Assembly: GCA_049700215.1 (NCBI GenBank)
Contig: JBNAVT010000004.1
Coordinates: 39,587-94,352 of the forward strand
Direction of reading: 5' to 3'
DNA: 54,766 nt
Source of the DNA: Thermoproteota archaeon
GTDB lineage: Archaea; Thermoproteota; EX4484-205; JAAOZP01
A model generated the notes under the pieces. That model did no database searches, was not told where the DNA came from, and worked only from the letters and a program-made list of their open reading frames with translations. Of the stretch, positions 1 to 9,212 are shown one piece after another (position 1 is the first letter of the stretch; every line of letters begins with the position of its first letter). Made by a program: the position numbers and the translations under genes.

Positions 1-1
1 G

Positions 2-619
2 TATACGATTGGAGCGATAGGCATGATGTTCCTCTACTTCGGGTTTAGCAGCGGCGCGATACTCATAGTCTCTGAGAAGGAGCGGGGAACTCTTAGAAAG
101 CTTTTTTCAACCCCGCTTACCGAGGGAGAGTTTCTGGCCGGAGGCTTCCTCTCTCAACTAACGACCCTACTGATATCCACGCTGATACTGATACTTGTAG
201 GAGCCTCTCCAGCTGTGGGAGCACGCATCATTATAGACCCGTTGAATCCGATACACCTTCTAGCCATTGCCTTCATGGTCTGCGGAGCCCTGATGAGCAT
301 GAGCATCGGAGCCTTGATCTCATTGTTGTCAAAAACAGTAAGGGGGGCTTCAGGCACGGGGACAGTGCTCGGCCTGCTTCTTAGTTTTACTACAGGAATC
401 TGGTTTCCCTTAGAATGGATGCCTCAACCCGTAAGATTGCTGGCTGCAATCTTTCCTCCAGCTTGGAGTATTGAGGCCAGTCGCAGAATACTCGTGTTCG
501 AAACTATTTTCGAGACCCTGATTCTCGACTCGGTGAAGATTTTTTCCTCAACAGCTGTACTCTTGGCTTTGGCCTTACTAACTTACCGAAGCAGAATCAA
601 GAAATACACCGAAACATAA
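2..619 (+). CDS. ABC-2 type transporter permease (5'-partial; frame open to window edge)
   Basis: Hydrophobic TM segments, IVSEKERGTLRKLFSTP motif and C-terminal GIWFPLEWMPQPVR..A..FP pattern typical of ABC-2 permeases; no stop upstream of the ATG at 23. Confidence 0.85.
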   Translation, partial: YTIGAIGMMFLYFGFSSGAILIVSEKERGTLRKLFSTPLTEGEFLAGGFLSQLTTLLISTLILILVGASPAVGARIIIDPLNPIHLLAIAFMVCGALMSMSIGALISLLSKTVRGASGTGTVLGLLLSFTTGIWFPLEWMPQPVRLLAAIFPPAWSIEASRRILVFETIFETLILDSVKIFSSTAVLLALALLTYRSRIKKYTET

Positions 620-800
620 TTTATCCGCCTTAAAACTAAATTTTTAGCGTCTTAGGCTAAACGCTTGGCTGAAATGGAACTGTTTCTAGGCAATAAGCAG
701 CGAAACCGATAATGCGTAAGGATTCTTTAACTTTCTTAAACGGAGAGTTTATCGAAGCGTGGAATTTACTGTCATACTTGGCGAGAAACTACTTTGCGTT

Positions 801-816
801 TTAAAAATTTATATTT
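801..816 (+). promoter_or_regulatory. Archaeal BRE/TATA promoter of the ChbG-family gene
   Basis: TTAAAAATTTATATTT about 25 bp upstream of ATG 837. Confidence 0.55.
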
Positions 817-836
817 TAGCATTCCTAATTCAAAGC

Positions 837-1712
837 ATGCCATTGACGAGCAGCTTCGACAAGAATGACAAGCTGCTGATCATCCACGCGGATGATGTCG
901 GCATGTGTCACACGGAGAACAAGGCAACCTTCCTAGGGTTTCAAAATGGCGTGGTTTCAAGCTGCAGCCTTATGATGCCATGCCCATGGATACTTGAGGC
1001 GGTAGAGTTCTTCAAGGAGAATCCGGGTTACGATCACGGTGTACATTCAACGCTGACGAGCGAGTGGAGGCTCTACAGATGGGGCCCAGTGAGCTCAAAG
1101 AAGGAAGTATCAACCCTCTTGGATGAGCAGGGATACCTGCATAAGGAGGCTAAGGATGCGGCGAAAGCCTCTAGGGAAGAGGTTGAGACTGAACTGAGGG
1201 CCCAGGTCAAAAAGGCCTTCAACCTTGGCTTGCGGCCTTCTCATCTGGATACTCACATGGGTCCAGTCTTCTTCAGGTCGGATCTCTTGGAAACGTATGT
1301 TAAAGTTGCTCTGGATAACGGGCTTATACCGATGTTGATTAAGCCTACTGACAGCGCGTTTGAAGTGGCTAGGCAGATGGGCATAACGATATCTGAGGAT
1401 CTTGTAAGCAGGATTTTGAAATCCGGGACGCCTATGTTGGATAATTTCATCGGAATGACTTCCGGGTCAGACCTGCAGGAGAGAATAAGGTGGTTTAGAA
1501 ATGTTTTGAAGGACGTGAAGCCGGGAACCTTAACTCAGATAATAGTACACCTAGGCCTGCCAGACGAGGAGATGAAAGCAATAATACCCGGTCACGGCGT
1601 GACGAGCCATGTGGACAGGTATCTGGATTACCAGCTGGCAACCTCTAGCGAGGCCCGTCAAATAATAGAGGAACAGGGCTTCACCCTAGTCGGCTGGAAG
1701 GATCTTAAGTAG
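837..1712 (+). CDS. ChbG/YdjC/HpnK-family carbohydrate deacetylase
   Basis: LIIHADDVG, GVH, HLDTHM motifs; start moved from 759 to ATG 837 because of TATA position. Confidence 0.88.
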   Translation: MPLTSSFDKNDKLLIIHADDVGMCHTENKATFLGFQNGVVSSCSLMMPCPWILEAVEFFKENPGYDHGVHSTLTSEWRLYRWGPVSSKKEVSTLLDEQGYLHKEAKDAAKASREEVETELRAQVKKAFNLGLRPSHLDTHMGPVFFRSDLLETYVKVALDNGLIPMLIKPTDSAFEVARQMGITISEDLVSRILKSGTPMLDNFIGMTSGSDLQERIRWFRNVLKDVKPGTLTQIIVHLGLPDEEMKAIIPGHGVTSHVDRYLDYQLATSSEARQIIEEQGFTLVGWKDLK

Positions 1713-1724
1713 GGGGGATCGAGA

Positions 1725-3020
1725 ATAGCCGGAGCTCAAGCCTACAGGATTCCGCGTGAAGCCTGGTATGCCGTCTTCGTATTCTTCCTCTTCATGGTGC
1801 TCCATAATGCCGATAAATTCCTAATCTCGCCGCTCCTGAGCTCAATACAAGAGGAGTTCAGGCTCACATTTACTCAACTTGGTGCCATACAAACGGGCGC
1901 CGCAATAGTAGCAGTGTTTTTTATGCCTGTCTGGGGCTACCTTTTCGACAGGTATGCTAGGCCTCCTCTAGCAGCCCTCGCGAGCGCAATCTGGGGGGGA
2001 ACAACAGTCCTCTCCACTTTTTCAACAAACTATCTGGAGCTGGCTTTTACCAGAGCCCTGACGGGGATAGATAATGAGTCCTACAGCGGAATATACTCGT
2101 TCCTCGGAGACTATTTTCCCCCGGAGAAGAGGTCTACCGCATTCGGCGTGTTAAACACTTCAAGCGCCTTCGGAGCCTTCATAGGCACTCTTATCGGAAC
2201 CATTATTGGTAGTGCACTTGGATGGCGCAGTGCCTTCATGATAACAGGAGTACCGGGTTTACTGCTGGCAGTTCTAATCCTGGTCACTTTAAAGGATAAG
2301 CCCAGGGGATCCACTGAGCCGGAGCTGCTGGCTGTGAAAGACAAGTTGAAAGACAAGTTTAAAAAAGAATCTTTGGTTAGAGTGCTCAAAAGAAAATCAA
2401 TATCCCTCCTTTTCATACAGGGTTTCTTCGGAGTCTTCCCGTGGCAAATAATATCCTACTGGCTTTTCCTGTACATGGAGAAGGTGAGGGGTTTCGACGA
2501 GGGGTCCCAGCTGCTTATCATGTTAGTTGCGCTTTTAACAATGGTTATTGGTAACGTGGTTGCAGGCGTGATGAGCGACTGGGCATTTAAGAAGACTTTG
2601 AAGGGGAGAGCAATTTTTGCCGGAGTCTCTGTCGCTATCGGGCTGGTCTTCTTCGACTTGACGCTTCTATCAAGAGGAGGAGTGGAGCTCTTCCTCATAT
2701 TTGGAGCCCTAACTGGGTTCTTCATTCCTATGGCGGGCCCCGCCGTGTCAGCATCTCTCCAGGACATATCTCTGCCAGAGGTTAGGAGCACTACTCATTC
2801 GATACAGGTGTTTGTTGAAAACGCTGGCTCTGCTTTTGCACCGTTAATCACTGGATACTTGGCGGACACCATTGGACTAGAATGGGGGATGATGATGATA
2901 ATAACTATAACCTGGTCCGTATGCGCTGTTGCTCTAACCGCTGCCTCGTTAACCCTACCGAAAGACATAATGTGGAAGCGCATGGAACTGGCTGAAAGAG
3001 CTAAGAAACTTGTTTCGTAA
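1725..3020 (+). CDS. MFS transporter (probable non-canonical ATA start at 1725; first ATG at 1794)
   Basis: About 12 TM helices, motif A GYLFDRYAR and GVMSDWAF; TM1 (WYAVFVFFLFMVL) begins upstream of the first ATG. Confidence 0.88.
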   Translation: MAGAQAYRIPREAWYAVFVFFLFMVLHNADKFLISPLLSSIQEEFRLTFTQLGAIQTGAAIVAVFFMPVWGYLFDRYARPPLAALASAIWGGTTVLSTFSTNYLELAFTRALTGIDNESYSGIYSFLGDYFPPEKRSTAFGVLNTSSAFGAFIGTLIGTIIGSALGWRSAFMITGVPGLLLAVLILVTLKDKPRGSTEPELLAVKDKLKDKFKKESLVRVLKRKSISLLFIQGFFGVFPWQIISYWLFLYMEKVRGFDEGSQLLIMLVALLTMVIGNVVAGVMSDWAFKKTLKGRAIFAGVSVAIGLVFFDLTLLSRGGVELFLIFGALTGFFIPMAGPAVSASLQDISLPEVRSTTHSIQVFVENAGSAFAPLITGYLADTIGLEWGMMMIITITWSVCAVALTAASLTLPKDIMWKRMELAERAKKLVS

Positions 3021-3083
3021 GAGGTTCAGGTGGAGGACGATTTGGCTGTAAAAGTTTAAATATTTTTAGACTCATTCATTACT

Positions 3084-4163
3084 TTGATGCAAAAATTCGA
3101 ATTCACTAAGCAGGAAATCGTTAGAGACTTGGTAAAAATCGGAGTGGAGGAAGGAGACATACTCCTTGTCCACAGTTCCTTAAGCAGCATAGGATACGTT
3201 CCGGGTGGTGCAGAGACACTGATAGATGCTCTACTTGAAAGCGTGGGAGAGGACGGCACGATAGTTGTCCCTACGATAACCGGCCAGATATTCGACTCTC
3301 CGGAGAACCCGCCGAGTTATTCTAGAAATAAGCCTTGCTGGACGGGCATGGTTCCTGAAACCCTAAGGAAAAGGGAAGAAGCTTGTAGGAGCAAGCATCC
3401 AACCCATTCTGTCGCCGCCATAGGCGGAAAGGCTAGAAGCATAATTGAGGGACACGAGGGAGCTGAGACTCCGTGTGGAAAGGGCACTCCATACTTGAAG
3501 ATACCTGAGCTCGGCGGGAAGATACTGTTTATAGGCGCCTCGTTGGAAAGCAACACGAGCTTCCACGCTGTCGAGGAGCTGGCTAAGCTTTACTACCATT
3601 TGCAGCCTGAGCCCACGCTCTGCAGGATCGAGATGGATGGGAATGTTGTTGAAAAAAGGTGTTTCCTACACGCTTACGGCACTCCGAGAGCCTTTGAAGA
3701 GAAAAAGGAGGAGCTTGTAAAGCACGGGGTAGCTAGAATCGGTTACATCGGCAGGGCTAGAAGCATACTTGTCGACGCTAGAAAGATTATTGAGTTCACG
3801 CTTAGGAAAATAGAGGAAGACCGGCTGTATTTAGTGAATAAGGAGCATGTTGATCTTTGGAGCGTCTCTTCAAGCATCAGCCTAATACGGGAGAACAGGT
3901 TTAACTCGGTAAAAATAAGCCTGTATGTCCCCAGAAAGGCTAGCGTAAAGTTTTCCGAAAATTGCATGGTTGTCAGAGGCGTGAGGATGAAAATGTCCGG
4001 CTTAAACCTTACGGAATGCGTATTGGAAACACGGTTGAAAACAGTTGGGAAACTGGAGCTACAGGGTGGTTACAATTACTGGATGAGGTTTAAAAAAGCT
4101 GGTCAAGGGATTGGAATAGAGGTGCTTGACTTTAAAGGGTCTGACTCCTTCCTCAACTTTTAG
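3084..4163 (+). CDS. AAC(3)/Antibiotic_NAT-family N-acetyltransferase with ~100-aa C-terminal extension
   Basis: LLVHSSLSSIG, GTIVVPT, RSKHPTHSVAAIG, NTSFHAVEE motifs. Confidence 0.85.
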   Translation: MMQKFEFTKQEIVRDLVKIGVEEGDILLVHSSLSSIGYVPGGAETLIDALLESVGEDGTIVVPTITGQIFDSPENPPSYSRNKPCWTGMVPETLRKREEACRSKHPTHSVAAIGGKARSIIEGHEGAETPCGKGTPYLKIPELGGKILFIGASLESNTSFHAVEELAKLYYHLQPEPTLCRIEMDGNVVEKRCFLHAYGTPRAFEEKKEELVKHGVARIGYIGRARSILVDARKIIEFTLRKIEEDRLYLVNKEHVDLWSVSSSISLIRENRFNSVKISLYVPRKASVKFSENCMVVRGVRMKMSGLNLTECVLETRLKTVGKLELQGGYNYWMRFKKAGQGIGIEVLDFKGSDSFLNF

Positions 4164-4222
4164 GATCCTGCTTCCCATGGGGGGAAGATTTAATTAGCTT
4201 AATAGGCTCAAAGCATTTTTAA

Positions 4223-5362
4223 ATGCTGCTTAAAAACGCTAGGATAGTCAACCCTTGGGGGGAAACCTCTGGAGACGTTCTAATTGAACGCGGGAAGATA
4301 AAGAAGGTTGGTAAGTCGATCTACGGTCACACTGAGGACGGGAGTATTGATCTTGAAGGAGATTTCTTGCTCCCAGGCTTTATAGACGTCCACATACAAG
4401 GGGCTGGGGGAGCCGACGTCCTCGACGAGGATGAGGAGGCCGTCAAAACCGTATCTGAAGCGTGCGTCAAGTGCGGGGTCACCGGCTTCCTTGCAACCAC
4501 CGTCTACAAGCCGGGTTTCGAAAACAAGCATTTAGAGGCTGTGCTGAACGGGGTTTCGAAGGGCTTGAAGGGTGCCAGGTTTCTAGGATTCCATTTGGAG
4601 GGCCCGTTTATCTCAAGGGAGAGAAGGGGGATGATTCAAGAATCCTCTGTCTGCAATCCTTCCGTTAAAGTCTTATCCGAAATAATGGGTAAGTGTAAGG
4701 GTTGGCTCAGGATGATGACTGTGGCTCCAGAGCTCGAGGGCTCGGAGCAGGTTGTAAGGCTTCTGCTTGAAAACGGGGTGATAGCGTCCTTCGGGCATTC
4801 TTCAGCAGACTATGAGCAGACTCTGAACGCGATAAGAATGGGTGTTAAGCATGTTACTCACTTCTTTAACACTATGCCACCTATCCACCATAGGGCTCCG
4901 GGACCCGTGCTAGCCATCTTCGAGTCGCAGGATGTGACCGTGCAGATAATATCCGACGGGGTTCATATTCACCCATCTATGGTGAGGTTCGCAGCTAGGA
5001 TACTGGGTGAAGACCGAATCATATTGATAACAGACGGAGTTAGGTCGACGGGCATGCCTGACGGCAAGTATGTTTACAACGGTGTTGAATTCATATCTTC
5101 AAACGGGACGGCGAGATACTTAGATGGAACATTGATCGGAACATCCGCGGGCATGAATGAGCTGGCTAAGCGTTTCACAAGGTTCACAGGCACGACTTTA
5201 AGCACCGTGGCTAAGGTAGCAGCCTACAACCCAGCTAGACTTCTCGGTGTTGAAGACCGTAAAGGAAGCATAGAAGAGGGAAAAGATGCTGACATGGTTG
5301 TAATGAGGGAAGACTTCAGAGTTAGAATGACCATCGTAGGAGGAACCCTGTTCAAGGTGTAG
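4223..5362 (+). CDS. nagA: N-acetylglucosamine-6-phosphate deacetylase
   Basis: PGFIDVHIQG, HLEGPFIS, APE, GHS, THFFNTM, DGVHIHP, LITD, NPA motifs. Confidence 0.92.
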   Translation: MLLKNARIVNPWGETSGDVLIERGKIKKVGKSIYGHTEDGSIDLEGDFLLPGFIDVHIQGAGGADVLDEDEEAVKTVSEACVKCGVTGFLATTVYKPGFENKHLEAVLNGVSKGLKGARFLGFHLEGPFISRERRGMIQESSVCNPSVKVLSEIMGKCKGWLRMMTVAPELEGSEQVVRLLLENGVIASFGHSSADYEQTLNAIRMGVKHVTHFFNTMPPIHHRAPGPVLAIFESQDVTVQIISDGVHIHPSMVRFAARILGEDRIILITDGVRSTGMPDGKYVYNGVEFISSNGTARYLDGTLIGTSAGMNELAKRFTRFTGTTLSTVAKVAAYNPARLLGVEDRKGSIEEGKDADMVVMREDFRVRMTIVGGTLFKV

Positions 5363-5435
5363 CGCATTGTTTAAGAGTGAATAAGGTTACGATTCATTAT
5401 GGGATACTTGACTGTTTTTCACGCCTTTACCGGTT

Positions 5436-5849
5436 TTAATACTCACGTCTTTTTTCTCGCTCCCTGAGCAGATACTTTAAAGTGTTTCCCCAACCTATCT
5501 GCACTATCTCTAAAATGTTTCCATCAGGATCCGTAAAAGTCGCTTGCTTCCCACCCCACGGCTCCTCATGCAACTCCCTGGCAAACTTTACACCCTTACC
5601 TTTTAACTCTTCATAAAACCTTTCCACGTCTTCAACCAGAAACTTTACGGATGGCGATTTTGAAGCAAAATGTTTACACTCTTCAGGCTTCGGAACTAAT
5701 CCTATCTCAACCCCGCCGCATTCAAAACCCGCGTAGCTAGAATACTCGTATTTCTTTTCCAGACCTAGCGTCTCCTCGTAGAATTTCACTGCCCTCTTTA
5801 AATCAGAAATGTGGAACGTGATGCACCAAACAGTTTTATCATCCCGCAT
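5436..5849 (-). CDS. VOC/glyoxalase-family protein
   Basis: DLKRAVKFYEETLGL, EPWGGKQATFTDPDGNILEI. Confidence 0.88.
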   Translation of the reverse strand: MRDDKTVWCITFHISDLKRAVKFYEETLGLEKKYEYSSYAGFECGGVEIGLVPKPEECKHFASKSPSVKFLVEDVERFYEELKGKGVKFARELHEEPWGGKQATFTDPDGNILEIVQIGWGNTLKYLLREREKRREY

Positions 5850-5936
5850 ATTCTGTAAACCGGCAGCATATAAAGATACCCGTATTCTTCACGAAGGGTT
5901 AACCCTGCACGTTCACTATGTTTTCAACCGTTAATT

Positions 5937-7304
5937 CTAAACCTCTAGCACCGTTGAAGGATTCAAAATATTATTCGGGTCGAAAAGCCTTTTAATACCC
6001 TTCATGAGCTCGATGCTCTTGGAGGGCGTGAACTTGTAAAGCTCTTTCACCCGTATTTTTCCAACACCGTGTTCACCGGTAATTGTTCCCCCAAGCCTCA
6101 TCGTGGCCCCATATATCTCTCTTTTAATCGCTTCATATTTCTCAGCGTCCCTCCTCATTATGTGGGAGTGAACATTCCCGTCTGCAGCATGCCCGTAGAC
6201 AGGAATGTACGCATTATGCTTTGCAGCGATGGCGTCAACAGCGTCGGCTAACCTTCCGATGGCGGAGGGCGGTACAGTAGTGTCGAGAATATCCATGGAG
6301 TCGCGTTTAAGAGCAGTGTAAATATTGCTTCTTATTCTTAGAATGGATTCCTGCTCATCCCTCCTCTCGGCAACTAGGGGCTCGAGCCCCTTATTCTCAG
6401 CGCAAATCTGGGAAAGCTTTTCAGCCTCAGAGTAGACGGTATTCTCTTCTCCAGCAAGTATCGCCACCAGAAAGACTTTCCCCTCGAAAACCCATTTCTC
6501 ACCCAGATGTTCAGCAGACAGCTCCATCAACTCCTCCTCAACATATTCGAGGGCGAGAGGAGTAATCCCGGACCCTAGTATTCTTGGAACAGTGTTGAAC
6601 GCGTCATGCCTCGTGTTGAAGGGAAGTAGAAGGGTTAATGAGTATGGAGCCTTAGGATTAAGCCTCAAAACAACTCTAGTTATTATCCCGAGCGTGCCCT
6701 CGCTGCCTATTATTAAGTGCATCAAGTTGTAACCCATGTTGTCTTTCAGAAGCTTGCCGCCGAACGTTACTATTTCTCCAGTAGGCAGAACAACCTCCAA
6801 GCCCCTTACGAAATTCCTCATAACACCGTGCTTCACCGCTCTAGCCCCGCCAGCGTTGCAGGCTACGAGGCCACCTATCTGCGCACCCTCGTCTCCAGGA
6901 TGCGGCGGGAAAGAGAGGCCTGCTTCATCAGCAGCCTTCAGTAAGCCCCCTAGAGTTGCCCCGGCTTCAGTGACAGCCATCAGGTTTTCCCGGTCTATGT
7001 CAATCCGATTCATCTTCTCCAGAGAGACGATTATTCCGCTTCTAGTTGGCACAGCACCTCCAACGAGGCCTGTCCCACCCCCTCTCGGATAGACTGGAAT
7101 CTTTCTCTCGTTAGCCAGCCTCAGGATTCTCGAGACCTCCATACTGTTCGCAGGCTTCACTAACACGCAGTCTAATACGGCAGGCGGTCTCACAGGGATA
7201 CAGGTTTCGTCGAACAAGTAGCTCTCAACCTTGTCTCTACCGCTTACAACCGCCTCCTTGCCGACGATGCTCTCAAGCTCCCCCACTAAACCCTCCATCA
7301 GCAT
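5937..7304 (-). CDS. FAD-linked 2-hydroxyacid dehydrogenase (GlcD/LctD-like)
   Basis: PRGGGTGLVGG, IGGLVACNAGG, GSEGTLGIIT, GHAADGNVH, GEHGVG, FDPNNILNP; overlaps the etfA stop. Confidence 0.9.
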   Translation of the reverse strand: MLMEGLVGELESIVGKEAVVSGRDKVESYLFDETCIPVRPPAVLDCVLVKPANSMEVSRILRLANERKIPVYPRGGGTGLVGGAVPTRSGIIVSLEKMNRIDIDRENLMAVTEAGATLGGLLKAADEAGLSFPPHPGDEGAQIGGLVACNAGGARAVKHGVMRNFVRGLEVVLPTGEIVTFGGKLLKDNMGYNLMHLIIGSEGTLGIITRVVLRLNPKAPYSLTLLLPFNTRHDAFNTVPRILGSGITPLALEYVEEELMELSAEHLGEKWVFEGKVFLVAILAGEENTVYSEAEKLSQICAENKGLEPLVAERRDEQESILRIRSNIYTALKRDSMDILDTTVPPSAIGRLADAVDAIAAKHNAYIPVYGHAADGNVHSHIMRRDAEKYEAIKREIYGATMRLGGTITGEHGVGKIRVKELYKFTPSKSIELMKGIKRLFDPNNILNPSTVLEV

Positions 7305-8302
7305 GTTCCACTCCTCCTGGCTTTTATCTCTTTTATCATAAGAGGTATGACTTGATAAAGGTCTCCGACAATACCGTAGTCAGCAACCCTGAATATAGGT
7401 GCCGAAGGATCGCTGTTAACGGCAACAATGGTTTCAGCGTCCTTCATGCCGAACAAGTGTTGCGGCGAGCCGGAGATGCCGCATGCGACGTACAGCCTGG
7501 GCTTAACGATGCTCCCGCTATAGCCGACTTGATGCTCCTTCCTTATCCAGCCGTCGTCCACAGGCGGCCTGCTTGAGCCAACAACCCCTCCAAGCAGGCT
7601 GGCAAGCTCCTCCAGCAGCCTGAATCCTTCCGCCGACCCTAGCCCCCTGCCGCCTGCAACTATGATTTCAGCATCCGCTATGTTAAGCTTCTTAGGGATT
7701 GCTTCGCCAACGAGCCTAATGCCCGCGCGGGATGGTGCCTCAGCCGTTTTCTCAACAATAAGCCCGCTTCTACTCTCATCCTTCCCCCTAGCTTTAACAA
7801 CCCTGTACCGCACAGTAGACATCACGGGTCTAGTCCTGGTCTTAATGTAGGCAAGAATGTTGCCCACGAACGCTGGCCGAATCTGGATCAGCTCACCGTT
7901 CTCGTCGATCCTTAAATCTATGCAGTCCGCGGTTAAACCCGTTTTAAGCGCCGCCGCAACCCTTGGGCCCAGAGACCTTCCGAAGCAGGTTGCCCCCATC
8001 AGGATGACGTCAGGCTTCTCCTCTCTACAAAGCCTTACAAGGTTGTGCGAGTAAGCCATCGTGTTCAAACCGGAGAACACGGGGTCGTTGAATAGGAAAA
8101 CCTTGTCCGCACCGTAATGAATTAGCTCCGAAGCCCTAGTCTTATCAACGCTGCAGCCGAAAACCACGCTGTAAAGCTCCCCACCAGTTTGCTCAACTAT
8201 CTCCCTACCTTTTCCGAGAAGCTCGAAAGTAACCGGGTGCACCGCCTCCCCCTTAAGCTCCGCCACCACAAGCACTTTTCTATCAAGGCCTTTCCCACCC
8301 AT
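7298..8302 (-). CDS. etfA: Electron transfer flavoprotein alpha subunit
   Basis: GLTADC, VAGGRG, QVGYSG, YVACGISGSPQH, APIFRVADYGIVGD. Confidence 0.93.
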   Translation of the reverse strand: MGGKGLDRKVLVVAELKGEAVHPVTFELLGKGREIVEQTGGELYSVVFGCSVDKTRASELIHYGADKVFLFNDPVFSGLNTMAYSHNLVRLCREEKPDVILMGATCFGRSLGPRVAAALKTGLTADCIDLRIDENGELIQIRPAFVGNILAYIKTRTRPVMSTVRYRVVKARGKDESRSGLIVEKTAEAPSRAGIRLVGEAIPKKLNIADAEIIVAGGRGLGSAEGFRLLEELASLLGGVVGSSRPPVDDGWIRKEHQVGYSGSIVKPRLYVACGISGSPQHLFGMKDAETIVAVNSDPSAPIFRVADYGIVGDLYQVIPLMIKEIKARRSGTC

Positions 8303-8304
8303 TT

Positions 8305-9099
8305 TTAAACCAACCCTTTTGACTCTAAGAGGCGAATAAACTCGCCCAGCCCGTCTTCAACATTCCTGTAAACCCTCCCCTGTCTAGTCTTCTCCCTCTG
8401 AACAACAACCTTCTGAACCCAGGTTGGAGAGCCAGCGTAACCAGCCTTATCCAGTTCGAGAAAACCAGCCAAGTCCTCTGCACGCCATATTTTAACCTCA
8501 CTCCTCATGGCTTTCATCTTGCTTTTCAAAGTAGGCAGCCTCGGCTTGTTTATATCCCTGGTTACGCTGATTAAAACAGGGTAGCTGGACTCGAGCGTGT
8601 AGGAAGCATCCTCCGTCTCAGATACGACAGTAATGGATTTTTCAGAAACGTTAACAATCCTTGAAGCATAGTAGACATGGGGGATTTCAAGAAGCTCAGC
8701 AACCTCAGCGCCAACCTGCCCCGTGTCGCCGTCGACAGTCTTCTCCCCGCAGAGAATAATATCGTAGGAGCCGATCTTCCTGATGGCGGCCGCGAGCGTG
8801 TGAGAAGTCGCCAACGTATCGGCTCCCGCGAACCTCCTGTCCTCGAGAAGGATCGCGTCGTCAATACCCCTGGCTATAGCGTCCCTCAGGGAGCTTACAG
8901 CCTGCATGGGACCCATGCTTAAAGCAGTGATGAAGCCCCCCATCTTCTCCTTAATCTGCACAGCCGCCTCTATAGCGTTCAGGTCAAACGGGTTTATCTC
9001 CGCCGGCGCTGAACTCCTGTCTATTCTCCCTGTTTCCACGTCGAACCTCACTTTCTCGATATCCGGAACCTGCTTCACGAGAACAATTATGTTCAGCAA
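8305..9099 (-). CDS. etfB: Electron transfer flavoprotein beta subunit
   Basis: VLVKQVPD, NPFDLNAIEAA, FAGADTLAT, GEKTVDGDTGQVG, GSPTWV; TTG start. Confidence 0.93.
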   Translation of the reverse strand: MLNIIVLVKQVPDIEKVRFDVETGRIDRSSAPAEINPFDLNAIEAAVQIKEKMGGFITALSMGPMQAVSSLRDAIARGIDDAILLEDRRFAGADTLATSHTLAAAIRKIGSYDIILCGEKTVDGDTGQVGAEVAELLEIPHVYYASRIVNVSEKSITVVSETEDASYTLESSYPVLISVTRDINKPRLPTLKSKMKAMRSEVKIWRAEDLAGFLELDKAGYAGSPTWVQKVVVQREKTRQGRVYRNVEDGLGEFIRLLESKGLV

Positions 9100-9116
9100 C
9101 TGTTTTTTACCGGACG

Positions 9117-9140
9117 GAGGCTTTTAAAGAGGCTTTTAAA
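9117..9140. repeat. 12-bp tandem duplication GAGGCTTTTAAA x2 in the etfB promoter
   Basis: Exact direct repeat at 9117-9128 and 9129-9140; each copy contains a minus-strand TTTAAA box. Confidence 0.8.
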
Positions 9141-9212
9141 CCTTCGTTCGAATCCACCAATAACCCTTAGTACGGCAGGGGAATTGGTTTAAAAAAGGAA
9201 CTTGTCTTTCCA

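Noticed and set aside
1710-1712. Pyrrolysine/amber recoding suggested by the in-frame TAG and the methyltransferase genes
   Set aside because: Many genes here end at TAG at their expected C-termini, MtaB is not a Pyl enzyme, and no pyl genes are visible
3084-4163. Aminoglycoside resistance gene call
   Set aside because: Family membership alone does not show resistance; context is metabolic and no mobile element is adjacent
5436-5495. Possible frameshift near the VOC gene 3' end (alternative frame KHFKVSAQGARKKT)
   Set aside because: The VOC domain is complete before this point; cannot be decided without homolog alignment
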